From Candidatus Woesearchaeota archaeon (GTDB lineage Archaea; Nanobdellota; Nanobdellia; SCGC-AAA011-G17; JACPNG01): 64,000 nt of DNA. The position numbers and the translations under genes were made by a program. The DNA lies in assembly GCA_016185615.1 (NCBI GenBank), contig JACPNE010000004.1, forward strand, positions 4,625 through 68,624. The letters are read 5' to 3'. Within the stretch, counting starts at the first letter, position 1. Each line of letters begins with the position of its first letter. The notes under the pieces were generated by a model. It was not told the origin of the DNA and ran no database searches. It saw only the letters and a list, made by a program, of their open reading frames with translations. Positions 57,727-64,000 of this stretch are shown here, one piece after another.

Positions 57727-59599
57727 ATTAGTTATTGGATTAAGAGCATATTTAGTAAGGGAAAAAGATAAAGAATTGGATTTACAGATAAAAGAAGCAA
57801 GAAAATATTTTCCGAATGCTGATATAGTTGTAACTGTGTGCGGAAATAAATATAATTCATTCACAAAAAGAAAAGCAAATAATATAATTTATTATAGTGA
57901 AAAGCCATTGGGATTAGGAAAGACTTGGGAGATAATTGTTGACTATGCAAAGAAGAAAAATGCAGATGAAGTAATTGTTGTTGATGGGGATGACCAGCAT
58001 TTCTTCAGTGAGATAAAAAAGATTTATGAACAATATAAATCACAATTAGTAATTCCGCAGAGAGAAAAGAGATTTATATTCTCTGGAGATTCAGAATTAC
58101 ATGGAATCACATTAGAAGATCTGGAAAATGCTTTTATAAGATATAAACATAAAACAAGGATAAATGACCTGCAATCTGGATTATTTATAATAAAAGATAA
58201 AAGAATAATTAATGGATTGGATTTCTCAAACAAAAATTCATTCATTGGGGACTTTCTATTCCTTGATCAAGTATTGGATAAAAAGATAGATATTGGACTT
58301 CCTGTAATAAGAATAAGACCGCAAACCTCAACTATATCAAGCAGGAGTTTGGTATTTTCTGGAATAAAAGCTTATGAAGATTATTTTGGAATTAAATTCA
58401 AAGAGATAATAAAAATATCAATGCGTGATCCTAATTTCTATCTCCCAAATGGCAAACTAAGTGTATTAACAAAGATAGAAGAATTGTATTTAGAGCATAT
58501 AAATTCTGAGAAAGTAAAAGATATGAAGGGATTAATTCTGGCTGGAGGTTATGGAACAAGATTAAGACCAATTACATATACTGTCCAGAAACAGCTAATT
58601 CCAATAGCCAATAAGCCAATAATCTATTACGTCATAGAAGATTTAGTCAATTCCGGAATAAATGATATTGGTATTGTTATAGGTCAAAATAAACATCAAT
58701 TCATAAAAATAGTTGGAGACGGTTCCAAATGGAATGCAAAGATAACTTATATTAACCAAGATAATCCAAAAGGATTAGCTCATGCTGTATTAATCTCAAA
58801 AGAATTCCTAGATGGAAAGGATTTTGTTATGTATTTAGGAGACAATCTTCTGAAAGAAAATATTCATGAATTTGTAAAGAAATTTAATAACTCAAATGTT
58901 GATGCCAGTATATTATTGACCCCTGTTTCTGATCCTGAAAAATTTGGAATAGCAAAGTTAGATAGTAATGGAAATGTAATCAAATTATTAGAAAAACCAA
59001 AAAACCCCCCAACTAACTTAGCTATAGTGGGAGTTTATACATTTAGAAATTCTATATTCAAAGCAATCTCTAGTATTAAACCATCTAAAAGAGGAGAACT
59101 AGAAATAACAGATGCCATGCAATGGTTATTGGATAATAAATATAAAATTTCGTCTACTCTAATAAAAGATTACTGGAAAGATACAGGAAATGCAGAAGCA
59201 TTATTAGATGCCAATAGAATGATTTTAGATAGCAGATTAAATGGCTATTCTAATCTAGGAAAAGTATCAGATGCATCAACAATAAAGGGAAGAGTAAAAA
59301 TAGGAAAGAATACAATAATTTATGACAACTCAATTATAAGTGGTCCAGTTGTCATCGGAGATAATTGCAAAATAGGTCCAAATGCTTATATTGGCCCATA
59401 CACATCAATAGGGGATGGTGTAATAGTAAAGGAGACTGAACTAGAAAATTCCATTGTATTGAATAACTCATATATAAATTCCGGAAAAAGAATTGTTGAT
59501 AGCATAATGGGAGAAAACAGTAAAGTTTCATCTGCAAAGAATAATCTTCCAGAAGGTCATAAGCTTATAATAAGCGATAATTCTGAGGTTGGGTTGTAA
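57719..59599 (+). CDS. rfbA: Glucose-1-phosphate thymidylyltransferase (long form) with an N-terminal GT2-like domain
   Basis: N-terminal DGDDQH and DLQSG; then LAGGYGTRLRP.T, KQLIP.ANKP, YLGDN, RGELEITDA, WKDTG and hexapeptide repeats. Confidence 0.88.
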   Translation: MPKLVIGLRAYLVREKDKELDLQIKEARKYFPNADIVVTVCGNKYNSFTKRKANNIIYYSEKPLGLGKTWEIIVDYAKKKNADEVIVVDGDDQHFFSEIKKIYEQYKSQLVIPQREKRFIFSGDSELHGITLEDLENAFIRYKHKTRINDLQSGLFIIKDKRIINGLDFSNKNSFIGDFLFLDQVLDKKIDIGLPVIRIRPQTSTISSRSLVFSGIKAYEDYFGIKFKEIIKISMRDPNFYLPNGKLSVLTKIEELYLEHINSEKVKDMKGLILAGGYGTRLRPITYTVQKQLIPIANKPIIYYVIEDLVNSGINDIGIVIGQNKHQFIKIVGDGSKWNAKITYINQDNPKGLAHAVLISKEFLDGKDFVMYLGDNLLKENIHEFVKKFNNSNVDASILLTPVSDPEKFGIAKLDSNGNVIKLLEKPKNPPTNLAIVGVYTFRNSIFKAISSIKPSKRGELEITDAMQWLLDNKYKISSTLIKDYWKDTGNAEALLDANRMILDSRLNGYSNLGKVSDASTIKGRVKIGKNTIIYDNSIISGPVVIGDNCKIGPNAYIGPYTSIGDGVIVKETELENSIVLNNSYINSGKRIVDSIMGENSKVSSAKNNLPEGHKLIISDNSEVGL

Positions 59600-59658
59600 C
59601 TATAAAATAACAACATCAGAAAGGCTTATAAATTAAATATAATAAAATTAATAATAAA

Positions 59659-60870
59659 ATGAAAATATACAATCTAAAAAGTGAAGCAGCTGCTTGGGAA
59701 GAAGTCCAGAGACTTAGAAGAGATTTTAATCCAGAATTATTAAAAGATATTAGAATAAATTCTGGGGAGGAAGCTGTTGAAAGAGCAACAGAAGTTATAC
59801 AAAGATTATTAACTGATTTAAAAGATTATAATCTTAATTTTCCACAAATATCTCCGGGTCATGGATCAGGACATTTAACACGTGATTTTGTTAATGCCGG
59901 AATTTTATTTAGAAATTTAGAGACCGACCCAAGAGATGCATTTGTGGGATTTGTTGGTGGTTCTTTACATGATATTGGTTGTGTAATCATCTCAAGATAT
60001 GAAGAGTCTACAAGAGCTGTTAGACATGCAGAAGCTGGTGCATTATTTACAAGACATTTATTGGAAAATCAAAAAGATTTGAGTGATTTAGAAAGAACAG
60101 CTATAGCTTATTCAATTGCAGCACATACACATTATAGGGGAGAATCAGAAGTGAAATGTGATGATGGTGAAACAAGAATAGTTAAGCCTTATATGGAATT
60201 AGATAAAAATGGAAAACCAGTATGGCCTGTATGGTTTACAAGATGGGTTGATAGACTTGATTGTAATGGTCCAGCTTATTTAGGCAGACATTATCTAACT
60301 CTTGCTGAAGAACATAAAGATTTTGATGGACTAACTCATTTTGATGTTAGGTTTGCTCACCATATGACACCGTTACTAAGACATTTCAAAGATCAAGTTG
60401 ATGATAAAGGAGTGAGAAATCAAACTATGAGTGAACATATGAAAATGTTTGCTGATTCTCAGACTAATGAATCTCCTTATGGAAAGCATGATTATGGATT
60501 TATGGTTCAGTTAAGAGATGGTTCCAAAGATATGTTAAATAGGATAGTTTATGCCACACAAGTTCCTACTATATTTAGTCCGGAAAGAGAAAGAGAAATT
60601 CGTGAAGTATGGAGAAAATTTTTATATGGGAATGTAGAACCTTCAATGTTAGGATCAGTAACATCGGGAACTCTTGATGGAATGTTTGGTGAATTAGAGG
60701 ATAAAACAAGACATGCTTGGTGCAGTGCATTCTTAACAACAATATATGAATATAGTAGATGGGCTGAAGAAAGACTAAAATATATTGAAAGACAAGATTC
60801 AAGATCATATTCATTTAAACCAATAACAGATGATGTAAGAGAAGTAATCAAACCAAGATATTGGGAATAA
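59659..60870 (+). CDS. HD-domain metal-dependent phosphohydrolase
   Basis: H...H..RD, LHDIG, RHAE.GA, I..H, DRLD. Confidence 0.8.
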   Translation: MKIYNLKSEAAAWEEVQRLRRDFNPELLKDIRINSGEEAVERATEVIQRLLTDLKDYNLNFPQISPGHGSGHLTRDFVNAGILFRNLETDPRDAFVGFVGGSLHDIGCVIISRYEESTRAVRHAEAGALFTRHLLENQKDLSDLERTAIAYSIAAHTHYRGESEVKCDDGETRIVKPYMELDKNGKPVWPVWFTRWVDRLDCNGPAYLGRHYLTLAEEHKDFDGLTHFDVRFAHHMTPLLRHFKDQVDDKGVRNQTMSEHMKMFADSQTNESPYGKHDYGFMVQLRDGSKDMLNRIVYATQVPTIFSPEREREIREVWRKFLYGNVEPSMLGSVTSGTLDGMFGELEDKTRHAWCSAFLTTIYEYSRWAEERLKYIERQDSRSYSFKPITDDVREVIKPRYWE

Positions 60871-61418
60871 TTATTTTAAAGATGATAAAAGAGGTTATAT
60901 CTATAAAGAATTCTAGATTAATCAAGCCAATTTATTTAACTTGTAGAATCAACCGTAATGGTCCTACTTATGATATAAATCCTTTGAAGACAGACCCAAG
61001 AACAAAAGAACTTGGACTTGAATTAGAGGATTTAATGCCTTCTTATTTTGTAATAGTAAATCCAAAAGCCCATAGGGGGGGTATAAGTGGGCATTATCAT
61101 AATAAGAAAAAAGAAATTTATTCTTTGATAAACGGAAGGTTGATTTTTTTCGTTTCTGATCTGTCTGGAAACAGAGAAATAATAGATTTTGACACTAGAA
61201 TTCCTAATAATGTTAAAGAAGGGGGGAAAATTAAATTTCCTGTTATATACCTACCACCAAAAGTTGCTCATCTAGTATATAATCCACTAAATTATACACA
61301 AACATTATTGGTATTGTCAAGATACTCTGATGAAGAAGCTTTCAAAGGTGGTGATATAATAGAATTTGACGCTGTTGGCGGAGAACTTAAGAAAGTTGCT
61401 TCAGAAATAAGATTATAA
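60861..61418 (+). CDS. Cupin of the FdtA/WxcM/RmlC sugar isomerase-epimerase type
   Basis: GHYH...E motif, P.VAH...N, LLVL; start probably the ATG at 60882. Confidence 0.7.
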   Translation: MGIIILKMIKEVISIKNSRLIKPIYLTCRINRNGPTYDINPLKTDPRTKELGLELEDLMPSYFVIVNPKAHRGGISGHYHNKKKEIYSLINGRLIFFVSDLSGNREIIDFDTRIPNNVKEGGKIKFPVIYLPPKVAHLVYNPLNYTQTLLVLSRYSDEEAFKGGDIIEFDAVGGELKKVASEIRL

Positions 61419-62567
61419 TAATTTATTATATATTTTCTCTAAACTTTCAATCTGTTTAAGTATGTCATATTCTTTTTCAACATGATCTCTTCCATATTTT
61501 CCCATCTGTTTCCATAATTTAGGATTTTCTATTAAATAACTTAATCTATCAGCTAAAGCATCAACATCCCTTTCAGAGACTAAAAATCCAGATTTCTTAT
61601 CAATAACTTCTTCGGGAATATCACAATGCAATGTTGAAACTACTGGCATTCCAGTTGCTTGAGCATTTAATAATACAATTGGTGCTCCTCCTTCTATGTC
61701 TCCATTCTCTGCAGTAACGCTTGGGTGTACGAAGATATGGGCATTCAACAATTCTTCTACTAATCTATTCAGGGGAATAAGCCCGACTAATTCTATATTC
61801 CTAAGATTTAATGATTTTATTAATTCCTCAATTTTAAGCCTTAATTGCCCGTCTCCAATTAATCTTAGCTTAACATTATTATATTTCTTTTCTATTTTAG
61901 CAAATGCTCTAATCAGATATTCGATACCTTTCTTTTCCTCAAACCTTGCGACCATTAAGAGAATAATCTCCTTATCTGATTTTCTTTCCTTAAATGGAAA
62001 TTTATTTACATCAATTCCCAAATGATTAATTATTATTTTGTTTTCATCACAGCCAGCATTAATTAAAACTTTTTTTGCGTTGCTTCCTTCAACTAAGAAT
62101 AGGTCTCCTTCTTTGAAAAGTTTATTATAAATTCCGGGCTCTCTTTTAGGAGCTTGGATTAAGTCATACCCATAAAATGATGTTATTAAGGGAACTCCTA
62201 AAGCTTTTTTTAATTTTATAAATCCCATACCATTAGTTCCAAAATGGGCATGTAATAATTTAATATTATTCTCTTCCCTTAACTTTCTAAATTTTTTATT
62301 TACTAAAAATCTGTAACTAAAATCAGTTGTATATTTTAACGTGTTCATAAACTTTGTTTTTAATTCACTATCATAATATAATCTATTTCTGATAAAAAAA
62401 TATGGATACTGAATTATTTTATCCTTATCAAAAGGATAATTTTCTGCATTCTCAACCCTATTGGTTAGAACCAATCCATTAAAATCCTTGAGAAAAGCTA
62501 TTTGATAATATATCCAACTATTAGTTAAAGGCAAAAATGTATCTATTATATGTAATACTGATTTCAC
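61413..62567 (-). CDS. GT4 glycosyltransferase (WcaL-like)
   Basis: HAHFG, SFYGYD, RFEEKKG, GDIEGGAP, STLHCDIPE. Confidence 0.92.
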   Translation of the reverse strand: MKSVLHIIDTFLPLTNSWIYYQIAFLKDFNGLVLTNRVENAENYPFDKDKIIQYPYFFIRNRLYYDSELKTKFMNTLKYTTDFSYRFLVNKKFRKLREENNIKLLHAHFGTNGMGFIKLKKALGVPLITSFYGYDLIQAPKREPGIYNKLFKEGDLFLVEGSNAKKVLINAGCDENKIIINHLGIDVNKFPFKERKSDKEIILLMVARFEEKKGIEYLIRAFAKIEKKYNNVKLRLIGDGQLRLKIEELIKSLNLRNIELVGLIPLNRLVEELLNAHIFVHPSVTAENGDIEGGAPIVLLNAQATGMPVVSTLHCDIPEEVIDKKSGFLVSERDVDALADRLSYLIENPKLWKQMGKYGRDHVEKEYDILKQIESLEKIYNKLL

Positions 62568-62629
62568 TTTGAAAATGTATGAGTAATGTTTATAAAACTT
62601 ATCACATCAATAAAATAAAGGTAATAAAT

Positions 62630-63814
62630 ATGCCAAAGTCTAAGTATAAGTTAAGAGAGAAATTCCTAGTATTCGGCCAGCCAGACATTAGGGGGGAAGA
62701 AATAAATGAGGTTATAGCTACATTAAAATCAAAATGGATTGGTGCAGGTCCAAGAGTCAAGATTTTCGAGGAAGAATTTGCAAAATATGTTAATGCAAAA
62801 AAGGCAATAGCAGTTAATTCCTGTACAGCTGCATTGGACTTATGCTTAATTGCTTCTGGGATAAAGCCAGGAGACGAAATAATTACAACACCAATGACAT
62901 TCTCAGCTACAGCAAACGTAATCTGCCATATTGGAGCAAAGCCTGTCTTTGTTGATGTTGATTATGATACTATGAATATTTCTCCTAAGAATATTGAAAA
63001 AGCAATTACAAAAAAAACAAAAGCAATAATTCCAGTTCATATGGCTGGCTATCCTTGCGATATGGATAAAATTATGGAGATAGCTAAAAAACATAATTTG
63101 ATTATTATAGAAGATGCTGCTCATGCTGTCGGTTCAATCTATAAAGGAAAAAAGATAGGCTCTTTAGGACCATTAGCTTGTTTTAGTTTTTACCCTAACA
63201 AAAATATAACAACAATCGAGGGAGGGATTGTTACAACACAGGATGAAGAATTAGCTGAAAGAATAAGAATGTTATCAAATCATGGATTATCTCATGATTC
63301 ATGGAAAAGATTTTCTGATAAGTTAGTAGAAGGTTATGATACAATAGAACCAGGATTTAATTACAGGATGAGTGATGTACAAGCTGCAATAGGAATGCAC
63401 CATTTGAGAAGATATGAGAAAGAAAATCTTAAGAGAAGAGAAGAAATTGCTAAGAGATATGATGGAGCATTTAAGGATCTACCTTTAGAAACTCCAAAGA
63501 TGCCGACTGGAAACTCAAGAAGTTCAAGATATTTATATATTTTAAGATTAGACTTAAATAAATTAAATCTAGATAGAAGTAAGTTTAGACAAGAAATGTT
63601 CTCTAGAAATATAGGGACAGGAATACATTATACAGCTTTACATTTACATACACTCTATAAGGAAAAGTATGGATATAAAGAAGGAGACTTTCCAGTAGCA
63701 GAAGATATCTCTAAAAGAACTGTATCTATTCCATTATCCAGCGCATTGACAGAAGATGATGTGAATGATGTCATAAACGCAGTAATAGATGTATGCAATA
63801 AATTCAGAAAATAA
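62630..63814 (+). CDS. DegT/DnrJ/EryC1/StrS nucleotide-sugar aminotransferase
   Basis: GP.V..FE, NSCTAAL, EDAAHA, SFYPNKNITT.EGG, G.NYRM; start trimmed to MPKSK. Confidence 0.94.
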   Translation: MPKSKYKLREKFLVFGQPDIRGEEINEVIATLKSKWIGAGPRVKIFEEEFAKYVNAKKAIAVNSCTAALDLCLIASGIKPGDEIITTPMTFSATANVICHIGAKPVFVDVDYDTMNISPKNIEKAITKKTKAIIPVHMAGYPCDMDKIMEIAKKHNLIIIEDAAHAVGSIYKGKKIGSLGPLACFSFYPNKNITTIEGGIVTTQDEELAERIRMLSNHGLSHDSWKRFSDKLVEGYDTIEPGFNYRMSDVQAAIGMHHLRRYEKENLKRREEIAKRYDGAFKDLPLETPKMPTGNSRSSRYLYILRLDLNKLNLDRSKFRQEMFSRNIGTGIHYTALHLHTLYKEKYGYKEGDFPVAEDISKRTVSIPLSSALTEDDVNDVINAVIDVCNKFRK

Positions 63815-63830
63815 ATATCTTGAGTTTTGT

Positions 63831-64000
63831 ATGAAAATTAAAAAAAGAATTTTTAGAAAATATTTAAGAGAACTCCATACTGGAGATTATCTGACACTAT
63901 CCATTTGGGAGGTTATAAAATCAAAATTCTTTCTTGGAAATTTAATAGAGGGAAAATATATAACAAGATTTGAGAATGCCTTCAAAAATAAAATAGAAGC
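63831..64000 (+). CDS. Partial CDS, probably a second DegT-family aminotransferase, cut by the window edge
   Basis: Frame open to the end; ...LIEGKYITRFENAF resembles the G..V..FE..F N-terminus of the preceding gene. Confidence 0.55.
   Translation, partial: MKIKKRIFRKYLRELHTGDYLTLSIWEVIKSKFFLGNLIEGKYITRFENAFKNKIE

Noticed and set aside
1-64000. CRISPR array, cas genes, transposases, integrases or prophage genes
   Set aside because: No regularly spaced direct repeats and no recognisable motifs seen by eye; intergenic gaps are too short.

Overview
AT-rich, very gene-dense archaeal chromosome segment, most likely from a DPANN archaeon of the Woesearchaeota/Pacearchaeota type (inferred from short archaeal SecD/SecF, a diphthamide synthase, a bulge-helix-bulge tRNA intron, GGAGGTG ribosome-binding sites and TATA boxes). 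The left part (1-28 kb) holds tRNA-Gly, surface proteins, secF/secD, galE/ugd/apt, a split ADP-heptose synthase, rimK with its protease partner, a pyruvate dehydrogenase cluster with lipB, an intron-containing tRNA-Ser and a protein with about 35 N-glycosylation sequons. From about 28 kb to the end is one continuous surface-glycan or glycolipid locus. Besides glycosyltransferases (GT2, GT4, GT9, GT-C), flippases and nucleotide-sugar enzymes, it carries five cobalamin-binding radical SAM enzymes, two Twitch-type radical SAM domains (one fused to a GT2), a carbamoyltransferase, three methyltransferases and a CDP-alcohol phosphotransferase, with MTA phosphorylase at its edge. This radical-SAM-rich tailoring locus is the best candidate for an undescribed system. 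No CRISPR array, rRNA, integrase or transposase was seen. All family calls come from motifs read by eye; no searches were run.
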